Positions 21,146-31,699 of a DNA stretch of 64,000 bases are shown here, piece by piece. Origin of the DNA: Rebecca billardiae RCC1528 (lineage: Eukaryota > Protista > Haptophyta); the NCBI GenBank assembly GCA_965240325.2, contig OZ251224.1, positions 2,976,001 through 3,040,000 of the forward strand, in the 5' to 3' direction. The notes beneath the pieces are model-generated. The model did not search any database, had not been told where the DNA came from, and saw only the letters and a list, made by a program, of their open reading frames with translations. Every line of letters starts with the position of its first letter. The stretch's first letter is position 1. A program made the translations under genes and the position numbers.

Positions 21146-24100
21146 GCGGGCACCCGCCGGCGGATTGCTGCCCGCCTGGCGCCGGCCCCGCCGGCGCGCC
21201 CGGCGGCGGCGGTGGCGGCGCCGCTGTGCCGGCGCGCGCAGCGCGCGCGTCGTCTCGGGAGGGTGCGCTGCCGCCGCGCGCGCCCCTTGCGGCGGCCCTT
21301 CCTGTGCCCGCCGCCGCGTCGGGGCGCCCCCCGCCTGGCGAGCTGCACCTAAGCACGCCTGGCGCCGGCAGCGCGGGTGCCGGCGGCGCCGGTGGGCTGC
21401 CCCTCATGGTGCCACACGGGCGGCCGCCTGCCGCGCGGGCGACGCCCGGCTGGCCGTCCGCGCGGCCGGGCACCTCTCGCGCGCGCGGCGCGTCGCGCCA
21501 CGTGGCGTGGCACGCGCCCTCCTCCCCGCCGCTGCCTGCCGCGGCTGTGCTCGCCGTCGTCATCTCGTCCTCGGCGGGCGCTCAGTCCGGCAGTACGCTG
21601 TCCGCCCTGGTCCGCCGGGGCGCCTCGGCCCTCTCGCAGTGGGCGGTGCTCGGCGTGTCTCGCGCCGCCCCCATCGCGCGCGCCGACGCCTGCCGGCTTG
21701 CGGAGGCCCTCGTGCACCGCGCGCTGCAGCCGCCAAGCAGGCTCCTCGGCGTGTACGCGGCGCGCTTGCGCGGCTTGCCGCCCGCTGCTTTCGCCGCCGA
21801 GACGCACGTCGTCGCGATTCCATGCTCCGCGGCTGAGCTTGCCCCATGCGTCGACGGCGCGCTGTTGTGGCTAGGGCTCGAGCGGTTTGCCGGCGGGCCG
21901 CTGTACGAGCCGGTGGCAGCCGCCTGCGCCGCCGTCCTCGATCTGCAGCAGCGCTCCTTCCAGAGCCCGCCCGCTCCGGCCTCCTCGCGCGCCATCGATG
22001 CTGCGCGCTCTGTGGCACCACGCGAGGCAGCCACCCGCGCCGGCGTGTTCGCGCAAGCGGTCCGCGCGGCGGCTGCGTCAGACGCGGCGGCGCGCGCCTT
22101 CCTGCTCGCTGCCGGCTCGACCCCGTCGGAGCGCGCGGTGCTACGCGAGTGGGCTGAACGCATGCGCACCGACCTCTCCACCGTGCCGCTCGAGCTGCGC
22201 GGCCGCTCGCTGCGCGCCGAGCCCGGCTCGTTAGCCTCGCTCCCGTTCCGCGCCACCTCTGCGCGCTTCGATCCGCCGCGCGTCCCGGCCCCCCCGCCGG
22301 TCCCCGCCCAGCGCTCGGCGTATCAGCCGCGCTCGCTCGAGGACATCCTCATGCCGCGCGCCCTCTCTCTGGTCCACGACTGGCTCCAGCGCGAGGTTGC
22401 CGACCTGCGCGGCTACCTCGCCCACGGCCCGGGCGCGCGCCGCACCAACGCGGCGCTCGCCATCGGCCAAGGGCTCTTCTGGCCGCGCGCGCGCGGCGTC
22501 ATCTGGGACCTGCGCACCCGCGTGGACGGCGCGTTCCAGCCGCTCGACGTGACGGCCCTCCCGGCTGGCAACCTGCGCCCGGACGCCCTCGCCGCCGCGC
22601 TGGGGCCTGACTGGCCCGACCAGGAGCTCCTTGAGTTCGTGCGCAGCGGCGTGCGCTTCAAGGCCAACCTGCGCCTGCAGCTCGTGCTCCTGCCCCACCT
22701 CACCACGCTGGCCGTCGGCGCGCGCTCGGTGCACAAGGAGCTGCTGCGCCTCTCCGACCTCGGCTGGTACGAGTTTCACGACCTCTTCCCGTTCATGCCG
22801 TGCATCCTAAGCCCGCAGGGCTCCACGCCGCGCAAACTCGAGCCGGACCGGTACCGGCGCACCACCGACGGCGGCGCGCCGCGAAGGACGCTGCTCGACA
22901 CGGACGGTGAGCGCGTCGTGCCGATCAACGAAGCGATCGGCCTGCACGACGCGTTGCCGGGCGTGGGGGCGCCCGCCGCTGCGGCCTCCGTCGGCGCCCT
23001 CGCCGCGGCGGCGCCGCCTCCCGCTCTGGCGGCGCTCCCGGCGGCGCTCCCGGCGGCGCGCGCGCCGCGTGCCGCCGCGCCCGCAGCACTCGGCGGCGGC
23101 GCGCAGCGCAAATGGCCGCGCGAGATCAAGCCGGAGGCGGCGGACAAAATGCATGACGACGCCGTCCTCCTCGACGGCGCCCGCGTCTTTGGCCTGCCCA
23201 TCTTCTCCTGGACCGATGACATGAAGGACTTCTTCAACCAGTTCCCGCTCGCGACCGCCGAGCTCTGGAAGACGTGCCTTCTCTGGGTGCCGCGCGACGG
23301 CGTCGATGCGGACGCGCTCGCGACGCTTTTCGCGATCGTGTCCGAGCTCCGCCTCGGCTTCGGCCTCGCCGCCAGCAGCAACATCGCGCAGCGGTTCAGC
23401 TCGGCCGTGATGCACATCGTCGCCGCCGAGTTCGACGCGCAGGAGCTGCCGCGCTTTGAAGCGATGCTCGCCGACCCGGCCATTCCGCCGGCGCAGCGCG
23501 CGTGGGTCGCGCGCCGCCGCGAGCTGACCCGCGCCACGGGCCGGCCACAGCTGCGCTTGTTCTCGGGGCATGTGTTCACTGACGACCCGTGCTGGACGGT
23601 CGTCGGCCTCGACCGCCTCGTGCGCCTGCTGCTCGTCTGGCACAGCGTCACCTCGCGCCTCGGCATCATCATGGCGATCCCGGAGAAGCGCCAGCTTGGG
23701 CTGTCGGTGCAGTGGATCGGCGCGGCGTTTCACTGCTCCCTCGGCATCCTTGCCATCCCCTCCGACAAGATCCTCCGCGCCCGCAGCGTGCTCCTCGACG
23801 TCCTGGCGGGCGTGCCCGTGCCCTTCGAGCGCTTTCGGCGCACGTGCGGCCTGCTCGAGCACTGCCGCCCGCTCTCGCCCGCAGACGGCTCCTACTTCTA
23901 CGGCATGTACGCAGACTTCGGCAAGCTCAGCGCGCACCCCGCGCAGCCGATCCGGCGCACTCCCATGCTGCTCCGCTCGTGCCGCCTGTGGGCGGACCTG
24001 CTGCTCACCCGCGCAGGCATGCTGTTTGCGACGCCGGACGCTGGGCCGCCCTCTGCGGCCGGCGCGCCGCCTGCAGCGCCCGAGTTCATCCTCTACTCGG

Positions 24101-24644
24101 ACGCCGCCAAAGAAGGGGCCAGTGTGCCGTCGCTCGGCGGCTACGGCCACGGCCTCTTCTGGAGCCTGCCCCTACGCGCGGCGGACCTGCTCTTGCCGAT
24201 GCCGGTGCTTGAGTTTGTGGCCCTTTACGCCAACGTTCTCGTCTTCTCGCGCCTCGTCGCCGGTGCCGTCGTACGGCTTCGCACGGACAGCTCTGTGGTC
24301 GACTGCGTCGTCGCCAACGTGTCGGCGCGCTCGCCTGGGATGCAACTTGTGCACGTCGCCCTCCTCGCCGCGCCTGAATGGCGCGCGCTGAGCCCACGCG
24401 CTGACGCCGAGTTCATACTCTCCGAGAGCAATCCAATGGCCGATGCGTGCAGCCGCGGCGAGTTCGGCGTGCTCGCGCGCCTATGCGCGCAGCTTGGCGT
24501 GCGCCCGACACGCCTCGATGCCCCCGCCGCGCGAGTGCGCGCGCTGCTCGATGAGTTGAACTCGGCAGGCCCCAACCCGCCGTCGCCCTCCGATGGCGTG
24601 CGCTTCGGCGAGGCCACGCACCCGGGGCCCTGGGCGCTCAGCAA
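20340..24644 (+). mobile_element. Truncated tyrosine-recombinase (DIRS/Ngaro-like) retrotransposon
   Basis: A gag-like ORF overlaps an RT-RNase H ORF. No integrase, protease or LTRs seen. Both ends are truncated and the YR gene is absent. Confidence 0.75.
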
Positions 24645-24669
24645 CAAGGGTCAGTCAATGGTAAGATGA
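20941..24669 (+). CDS. pol: reverse transcriptase plus RNase H, DIRS/Ngaro type, probably made as a gag-pol fusion
   Basis: RT motifs PQGSTPRK...RRTTDG, DDMKDFFNQF, LGFGLAASSNIAQRFS, FTDD, EKRQLG...WIG. RNase H motifs LYSDAA, LEFVA, RTDS, NPMADACSR. Confidence 0.85.
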   Translation: MPARRLGALAAHAQRAGSPRAPRELPLPLPAGGRAHCVRQGGPQRLCRLARGARDRDAGGFCDAGGVLSGHPPADCCPPGAGPAGAPGGGGGGAAVPARAARASSREGALPPRAPLAAALPVPAAASGRPPPGELHLSTPGAGSAGAGGAGGLPLMVPHGRPPAARATPGWPSARPGTSRARGASRHVAWHAPSSPPLPAAAVLAVVISSSAGAQSGSTLSALVRRGASALSQWAVLGVSRAAPIARADACRLAEALVHRALQPPSRLLGVYAARLRGLPPAAFAAETHVVAIPCSAAELAPCVDGALLWLGLERFAGGPLYEPVAAACAAVLDLQQRSFQSPPAPASSRAIDAARSVAPREAATRAGVFAQAVRAAAASDAAARAFLLAAGSTPSERAVLREWAERMRTDLSTVPLELRGRSLRAEPGSLASLPFRATSARFDPPRVPAPPPVPAQRSAYQPRSLEDILMPRALSLVHDWLQREVADLRGYLAHGPGARRTNAALAIGQGLFWPRARGVIWDLRTRVDGAFQPLDVTALPAGNLRPDALAAALGPDWPDQELLEFVRSGVRFKANLRLQLVLLPHLTTLAVGARSVHKELLRLSDLGWYEFHDLFPFMPCILSPQGSTPRKLEPDRYRRTTDGGAPRRTLLDTDGERVVPINEAIGLHDALPGVGAPAAAASVGALAAAAPPPALAALPAALPAARAPRAAAPAALGGGAQRKWPREIKPEAADKMHDDAVLLDGARVFGLPIFSWTDDMKDFFNQFPLATAELWKTCLLWVPRDGVDADALATLFAIVSELRLGFGLAASSNIAQRFSSAVMHIVAAEFDAQELPRFEAMLADPAIPPAQRAWVARRRELTRATGRPQLRLFSGHVFTDDPCWTVVGLDRLVRLLLVWHSVTSRLGIIMAIPEKRQLGLSVQWIGAAFHCSLGILAIPSDKILRARSVLLDVLAGVPVPFERFRRTCGLLEHCRPLSPADGSYFYGMYADFGKLSAHPAQPIRRTPMLLRSCRLWADLLLTRAGMLFATPDAGPPSAAGAPPAAPEFILYSDAAKEGASVPSLGGYGHGLFWSLPLRAADLLLPMPVLEFVALYANVLVFSRLVAGAVVRLRTDSSVVDCVVANVSARSPGMQLVHVALLAAPEWRALSPRADAEFILSESNPMADACSRGEFGVLARLCAQLGVRPTRLDAPAARVRALLDELNSAGPNPPSPSDGVRFGEATHPGPWALSNKGQSMVR
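21118..21175 (+). promoter_or_regulatory. -1 programmed ribosomal frameshift signal (G_GGT_TTT plus H-type pseudoknot)
   Basis: Heptamer is in the gag frame, followed by a 5-nt spacer. Stem 1 is 21130-21138 with 21153-21161 and stem 2 is 21146-21152 with 21169-21175. The -1 frame is the RT ORF. Confidence 0.85.
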
Positions 24670-24743
24670 CGAAGCGTTTTACCGCTGCGCCACCAGAGTC
24701 GACTCTGGTGGCGCAACGGTAAAACGCTTCGTCTATCTTACCA
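24659..24743. repeat. 85-bp loopless near-perfect palindrome
   Basis: TGGTAAGAT...CCAGAGTC|GACTCTGG...ATCTTACCA. Confidence 0.9.
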
Positions 24744-25398
24744 CTTTCCGCACTTTGTCATCTTACGAGAGTGCGTCGTTGTTGCTCCTGCATCGCGTGG
24801 AGGCCACTCATGTACGCACCGTGGAAGCTGGCTGTGCGCGATGCGCCGCGCGCGCCTGCCCCACACTCGCCAGCGCCGTGCGCGTCACAGCAACACGCGC
24901 GCGCACAGATCGGTGCACGCACGTGGTAGGGGCTTTGGCGAGGCAGGAGGTGAACGCAGAGTCTTCAGTGAGTGCGCACGCCCTCCGATGGGCTTGCGCG
25001 CGAGTTGCGTGATAATAGGCTTATTTGCAGCCCAGGGGGCGGCGGCGGGCGAACTCAAGGGCGCGGTACTTTCATCGGACGACCAGCTGGCACTGGCGCA
25101 AGGCCTGCACCTCGGCGCATCAAGGGCGGCGTCGATCGAGGCACGACGACGGTGCGCTGGCGGGGCTATCATCATGACGACATCTGCGGCCGCAGCGGAC
25201 GAGATGAAGCCGAGCGCACGGGCGGTGTTTCGTCGCCAGCCGCTTGCACTCATCCGCCGCCCGGGCGTCACTCTCCGCCCCATCCCAGCGACGCCGAGCG
25301 CTTACATCACATCAAGATTCAATCTGGCTCTACTGCTGTGACTGGCTGGCTGCCAACCAAAGTGCCGGGTTCCCGGGTCTGGTGACAGATGATGATGA

Positions 25399-27024
25399 CT
25401 ACTGAGAGCGTCTGAGGCGCTTAGCATCCCTCATCACTGCCGCGCGCCGCTCAAGTTTGCGCAAGCGTGTGCCCATCTGCCCAGCGAAGCGGAGCATGTT
25501 GCCCGCCGTGATGGCCGCGATCCAGCGCTGCGCGCGCGCCATCTCGTCGCGCACCCGCTGCCGGTTCGCACTCCCGCGCAGCCTGCTCAGCACGCCCGTC
25601 AGCTCGTCCGCAAGCTCGGAGACTGGCCGCGTGCGGAAGCGTGGCGTGAGCTCGACCGCCCACTCCGGGTGTCCGATGTCCTCGGCGAAGGTGCGGACCT
25701 TCTCGTGCGTGACGAGCGAGATGGTGGGCACGCCGAGGCCGAACGGGATCATCACGCCGTGCCCGCGCATCGACGCTGCCACCGCCACCTTCCGGTAGTA
25801 CTGCAGCACCGTGCCCCACGTGTGCACCAGCTCGCCGCGCTTCAGATTGAACGAGATCACTTCGTACGGAAATGGGTACTCGCTCGCGCGCCGGCGGAGG
25901 AAATCGAGGAGCGGCGTGTCGCTGGCGCCTTGCATGACGAGGTGAATGGTCCAATGCTTCGCGTGCGCGCGCATCAGCCACGTCGCGAGCTGCGTCAGCA
26001 CCGCCTCTGCCTGCGCCTCCGAGCCAAGTCGCAGCGCAAGCTGGTCATCTGCAATGTTGACAGAGAGAATGCGAGACAGGGCACCGTCTTGGCCTCGGCG
26101 TGGCGAGCTGGGCGCGAGGAGGCACGGCTGGAGCAGCGAGAGGAGCGTGGTCGCGCACGGCTGGTACGCCAGCCGCTCGCGCCAGGCCAGCCGCCCCGGC
26201 TGCTCGGCCTCCGCCGCCGCCGTCTCCGCGGCCGCCGCTGCCCGCCCCGAGCGCTCGATCGACACGAAGTGAGCGCTTACGCTGCGCAGGGAGTACGACT
26301 CGCGCAGGCCGACGGTGCGCGCGGGGTGCTGGGCGAGCGCCTCGAGGGAGCGCAGGTACGCGGCCCAGGGCCCGGGCGCGGGCCGCTCCTGATCCCGGAA
26401 GCCATTCCAGCCCACGCCGAACATGTACAACGGCGGCGCCAGCGAGCGCAGGTGCTCGCTGTGCACCTGCCACTGCCAGCCTGAGATGTTCTGACGAGAG
26501 TGCACGTTCGCCGGATAGAAGAGGCCGCCGCCACCCACGACGACGGCGGCGGCGCGGCGGTTCGCCTCGTGGATGTCCTCGGCCCGGCTCACCGCCCGCG
26601 CCTCGTGCTCCACCCAGCGCGGCGTGACGCCGAGGAAGAATTCAAACGCCATCTGCGTTGCACGTGGGAGCACAAAGTCGCCTGCGTTGGACTGGCTGCG
26701 CGCGGTGAGCGCGTAGTGGACGAAGGTGGGCGTGCGTGCGTGCGCTCGCAGCGCGTCGCATGCCTGGCGCCACGGTGCCAGCTCCTGCGCCTGCCGCCGC
26801 AGCGACTCGTTGCGCACGAGGTCGCACAACGACGCCGGCTGCCAGCCGCCGGCGCCACGGCAGCCACGGCGGCGGCTCGTGCGCGGCGCGTGCCGCTCGA
26901 GCAGCGCTTCGATGGCGGCGTCGGGCCGCTCGTACGCACGCAGCGCGTCGGGCAGCGAGCCGAGGCTGCAGGGGACGCATGCGAGCAGCGCCACGGCGGT
27001 AGCGCGGCGCATGGGAGTCGCCAT
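25399..27024 (-). CDS. Polysaccharide pyruvyl transferase-like protein, secreted or signal-anchored (~541 aa)
   Basis: N-terminal hydrophobic segment at ATG 27024. Motifs NAGD, VVGGGGLF, FGVGWNG, VGLRESYS, MRGHGVMIPFGLGVPTISL. Intronless. Confidence 0.8.
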   Translation of the reverse strand: MATPMRRATAVALLACVPCSLGSLPDALRAYERPDAAIEALLERHAPRTSRRRGCRGAGGWQPASLCDLVRNESLRRQAQELAPWRQACDALRAHARTPTFVHYALTARSQSNAGDFVLPRATQMAFEFFLGVTPRWVEHEARAVSRAEDIHEANRRAAAVVVGGGGLFYPANVHSRQNISGWQWQVHSEHLRSLAPPLYMFGVGWNGFRDQERPAPGPWAAYLRSLEALAQHPARTVGLRESYSLRSVSAHFVSIERSGRAAAAAETAAAEAEQPGRLAWRERLAYQPCATTLLSLLQPCLLAPSSPRRGQDGALSRILSVNIADDQLALRLGSEAQAEAVLTQLATWLMRAHAKHWTIHLVMQGASDTPLLDFLRRRASEYPFPYEVISFNLKRGELVHTWGTVLQYYRKVAVAASMRGHGVMIPFGLGVPTISLVTHEKVRTFAEDIGHPEWAVELTPRFRTRPVSELADELTGVLSRLRGSANRQRVRDEMARAQRWIAAITAGNMLRFAGQMGTRLRKLERRAAVMRDAKRLRRSQ

Positions 27025-27109
27025 CGCCCCTTCCGGGGGCCAGCCGACGGCGCGGATTTGGAATCTGCCGATCATTCTGCCGATCGGCAGAATGACACTG
27101 CGCCAGAAA

Positions 27110-27983
27110 GGGGGGGGGTCCAAAATTGAAAATTGTCCCCGCCGACGGCTCGATGGCTGCCGCACGTGCGTGCCCCGCGTGCCTTGCGCTGTACGTGCAC
27201 GGTAGGGCGTCCCGACAGCGAGGGCGGGGCGGCGTAGATGGTCTTGTGGGAGGTGCGCCCGTGTGCCGGAGACGCTTCGACACCTTGGTGGCGTGCCCAC
27301 ACCTCTCCTTGTCGCCGCTCGCCTGCTGCGTGCTTGACCAGCCGTGTTGAGAGCACGCCTGCGCGTGCATGGCCAATGCCGGGCGGATCGAGCCGTAGTG
27401 AGTGTGCGTGCGGGTACTCCTACCCGATGCGCATCCCTGACACCGTCGCAGTAGCTCTTGTACGTCAATTCTAAGCCGTGCGCTCGAACCCACGCGACGT
27501 GTCAACGTTATCGGTGGTATGCGACATGCTGGCCAGTTATATTTTCAAATAGCGCATTTGACGCCATTCCTCGGCTATTGTTCGCGAGCATGTTGGGCAT
27601 GTGCCCGACTGGATTCGACAGGCTTCACGACGCGCGCGAGGGCTTGCGACAGTGGTAGAGAGACGCATAGGGTAGGAGTACCCGCACGCGCACTCACTAC
27701 GGCTCGATCCGCCCGACATTAGCCATGCACGCGCAGGCGTGCTCTCAACACGGCTGGTCGAGCACGCAGCAGGCAAGCGGCGACAAGGAGAGGTGTGGGC
27801 ACGCCACCAAGGTGTCGAAGCGTCTCCGGCACACGGGCGCACCTCCCACAAGACCATCTACGCCGCCCCGCCCTCGCTGTCGGGACGCCCTACCGTGCAC
27901 GTACAGCGCAAGGCACGCGGGGCACGCACGTGCGGCAGCCATCGAGCCGTCGGCGGGGACAATTTAAAATTTTGGACCCCCCC
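27110..27983. mobile_element. Foldback element FB1, copy 2
   Basis: Arms of ~320 bp (27110-~27432 and ~27665-27983) around a ~230-bp spacer. Near-identical to 1-823. Confidence 0.88.
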
Positions 27984-27989
27984 TGCCAA

Positions 27990-28601
27990 CCGGACGCTGA
28001 GGTGCTGCAGGCAAACGACGAGCAGCAGCACTCTCAGAAGCGGAAGAAGAAGCCCCGGCGTGGGAAGCGCGGGCAACGGCGCGACGCCGAGGGCCGACGG
28101 ATTCGTTCTCCATCGAGCCGTCGCTCCTCGGCGAGCCGCGCCGTCAAGGAACGCCAGGCGCGCAAGGCGGCGCGCCTGGCGCCGACCGCTGCACCCACGC
28201 CAGCCCCTGCTGCCCCCCTCCACGATGACCGAGACTCGCCCCCGGGCGACGACTTGGACGACGAGGAGGCGTCGCCGCAGCGGGCAAAGCGCACCCTGGA
28301 CGACGCCGCAGCGCCAGCCGCCGCCAGCCAGCCAGCTGGCTCGAGCAGCAAGCGCGTACGCGACCGCCCGGGGAGCACGGCCACGGGGCAGGCTCCGGAC
28401 CAGCTGCCACCAGCGGCTGAGACTGCCAGCTGACATCCGGACCTGCACTTTCGCCCTTGCTCGGGGCACAGCAGGTCCATGCGAGCCGCGCAGCGCAGGT
28501 GGATCGCGCTTCAGCAGCTCAAGGCCGCGCTCAAGCTTTACGATCGCGGTGCAGGCTATGCTCTGCCACCAGCGCCGACTTCGTGTCGACGATCGGGCAC
28601 T
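27990..28601 (+). repeat. Repeat family R (basic-protein ORF end plus conserved tail), continuing at 29922-29981
   Basis: Diverged inverted copy of ~34598-35270. Both encode KKKPRRGKRG..RD..GR.IRSPSSRR. Confidence 0.75.
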
Positions 28602-29921
28602 CCACCCGTTCCACGGGGTGTTGTTCCGCCGCCAGGCGCCCCGCACAGCGGCTGGTGGCGGACTGGCGGCAGGATGGCGATCAAGTGGCGCGTGGCCGAC
28701 GTGCGGCCCGAGAGAAACGTGACTTGGGCGCCGCGCGCCGGGCTGGCGGGGTGGCCTGGACCCATGCGCGCCTTCGAACCCCCGGCGACCGCGCGCGCAT
28801 CGGCTTCCTCCGCCTGCGAGTCGCCCGCGACCGCGCCCGCCGCCCGCTGGGAGTGGGTTGACCGCGCCCGAGCCTGCTCGCCGCCGAGCGCAGGGATGAG
28901 TTGAGCGCGGCGCGAGGCGGCGATCGTGGTCGGGCGATCGCATGCGCCCATATGGGCCCCATCTGCCACGGCGCGACCGCTTCAGCATGCGTATGTGACC
29001 CCACTTGTCATGGTTGTCTCATGTCGGGTAGCAGGTGAGCACTGTCAGCCAGCGTGTCCGCGCGCGCGCGCGCGCAGGGCTCTGCGGGTCGGATGCCGCT
29101 CCGTGGCGTCTCGTGATGTCTGCACTACGCATACCGGGTGGCACGAGTGGTCCGCATCTGTAGTCATGTGGCGTCTGCTGATGCCGTGTTCGCGACGAGA
29201 ACTCAAGCAAGTTCTTCTCGACCAGAGTTGCCGTCAGCATTGACGCACGTTGCGAGCTGGCAGTGCAGTGAAGGGCATGCCCTTGGTGGCCCACGCTGGG
29301 CAATACACGGCAATCGGCATGCCCTGATGCCAACTGTGCCGTGTTTCCGACCCGTCTGGCCCTGCTCAGGTGCGGCGCGCGCGGACACGCTGGCTGACAG
29401 TGCTCACCTGCTACCCGACATGAGACAACCATGACAAGTGGGGTCACATACGCATGCTGAAGCGGTCGCGCCGTGGCAGATGGGGCCCATATGGGCGCAT
29501 GCGATCGCCCGACCACGATCGCCGCCTCGCGCCGCGCTCAACTCATCCCTGCGCTCGGCGGCGAGCAGGCTCGGGCGCGGTCAACCCACTCCCAGCGGGC
29601 GGCGGGCGCGGTCGCGGGCGACTCGCAGGCGGAGGAAGCCGATGCGCGCGCGGTCGCCGGGGGTTCGAAGGCGCGCATGGGTCCAGGCCACCCCGCCAGC
29701 CCGGCGCGCGGCGCAAACAGCAACTCCTCGACAGCAGAGCGCGTGGACCGCCGCGACGTCGACGCCGCCCGCCCGCCCCCCGCCCCTCCTCAACGGCCGC
29801 GGCCCCGCGTGCGCCCACTGTTGTCCGGGAGCTGATCGCCTGATCAGGTCGAATCTGGCTAGATTCGACCTGATCAGCTCCCGGACCGGTTTACACTAAT
29901 CGCCCTTCGTGGAGCGGGTGG
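28602..29921. mobile_element. 1.3-kb insertion with 14-bp TIRs, containing foldback FB2
   Basis: TIR CCACCCG(T/C)TCCACG. It splits the motif GGGCACT|..CGACGACGAATC that is intact at ~34630-34660. Internal 340-bp inverted arms 28728-29067 and 29375-29714. No TSD found. Confidence 0.7.
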
Positions 29922-30183
29922 CGACGACGAATCAGGAGACCCGCGTCGTCCTACCTGTGTCGTTACATCATAGAATGGGTCCAGACCTCAGGATTTGGGA
30001 AACTCGGAAATTCAAAACCCGCCGCGTGCGCCGCGTGCGCCGCCACAGCCATCCGCCGCGAGGCGCCGCCCGCTGCCGCGCCGCCGCGGTCGTAGACGTG
30101 CACGCGGCGATGGCGCACGCGGTCGGGCAGAGGCGCAGCACCCTTCTGCGCCGGCCTGCGCCGCGCGACTCGCGTCTGCCCAT

Positions 30184-31330
30184 CGCCTCGTCCCACGTCG
30201 TGGGGATGGTGATCGGCACACCATTCATCCACGCGATTGTCGTCGCAGCGAATGCCTCGAAGCTGTTCTCCTCGGTAGGTTCCTCGCCCGCGGCCTGGAA
30301 CGCTGCCTCGGTCACAGCCTGCACCGTCTGCGCGGCGGGTCTGCTCCGCCTCGCTCGGTCTCGTCGCATCGGGTCGTAGTCGCGCGGCAGCTCGGGCGCC
30401 GCGGACTCACCAGCTCGTGCGTCGTCATCGCCTCCGGCGTCATCGCCGTCGGCGCTCGATCGCGCAGCTTCGCTTGCCGCGCCACCGTCGTCATGAGCAG
30501 CAGCGCCGCCGTCAACGGCCGCGCCGTCCTCAATCTCAAAATGCCCGTCGCCCTCGCCGGTGAGCTCGCCGTCAGCGGCGTCTCCCAGCTCAGTCTCGGG
30601 CTTGGCACTGTCATCGCTGGCCGCGAATGGAGTGTGCCTCCCCTCGACCAGCGACCGCTCATCAATGATGTACACGTCCTTTGAGTGTATCACCTGCTGC
30701 TGCCCGTCGTCGAGCAGCACCTCGCGCCCCGACCAGCTGTCCTCTCGTGAGGATGGTCGGGGCGCTCGCAGCATCGGCCTCAGCGGATGCCGTGAAGGGT
30801 ATGGATCGTCTCCATTCCCATCATCATCGAGCTCGTGCTCGACGTTGTCGATCACGAGGACCATCCAGGCCCCCGCCGCGGTGTCGTCACCGCAAGTGCC
30901 ACACGCGGGCACGTCAATGCTCGCGCGGTTCGTACCGCGCGCGCAGCCGCCCTGCAGGCGGAGGACATTCGAGGTTGCGTAACGAATGTCCTTCTAGTAG
31001 TCACCGAAGTCGTACACCACGCCGTGCGTGGGCATCTGGTTCGTCAGCGCGCTTTCACTCGGCTGCTCGATGCAGAGCGCGCTGCACGCGAGCATCATTG
31101 CCCGCGCATTCGTCGCGACACCCGCGGCGCTGCGACCGGCTGGATGGGCCATGCCCGGCGGTCCGTGGTTTCACACGTTTGATCGAGCTCATGATCAATG
31201 ATGTTTATTCCGCCTTACCAGTTCCCCGGTCACGCAGGGGCTTATCACAGTGTCCCTGCGGACGTCGTCAGCAGCGCCGTCCGTGCGGACGAGCGGGCGG
31301 TGGCAGGTCCTCAGAAACGGATGCAAAAGC
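30184..31330 (-). pseudogene. Decayed Ty1/copia pol fragment (integrase C-terminus to pre-RT linker)
   Basis: NARAMMLA, VIHSKDVYIIDE (compare VISRDVxFDE) and IPTTWDEAM (compare EPxTYxEAM). In-frame TAG near 30995. Confidence 0.55.
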
Positions 31331-31699
31331 CGTGGGCGGTGGGCCACGGAAATGTTAATGTGACTTCGTGTCGACGATCGGGCACTGCCGCCGACGAATC
31401 AGGAGACCCGCGTCGTCCTACCTGTGTCGTTAAATCATAGAATGGGTCAGCGCAGGGGCAAACTCAAAACGGCCGCCATACGTAACGGGCAGCGCGCAGC
31501 TTTCGCCTGCAGCTCTGCAGGCAGTGCCGGGTACTTCGACCATCCGGACGGTTGGAGCCAACCGCCTTGAGAAGAAAAGAAATCGTGCACGTAGGAAATT
31601 CGGGATTATTAATACAACACACCCAGAATATCACATACGAGGAGCATCGTCCGATGAGTAAGCTACTCGGCAGCTTCATTGGCACCGGTGAGTCAGCTC

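Noticed and set aside
27025-27468. N-terminal extension of the 689-aa ORF
   Set aside because: It reads through foldback FB1. The signal segment starts at 27024.
31361-31449. TGAC...GTCA unit as a mini-LTR
   Set aside because: The other copies lack these termini, and no PBS or PPT was found.
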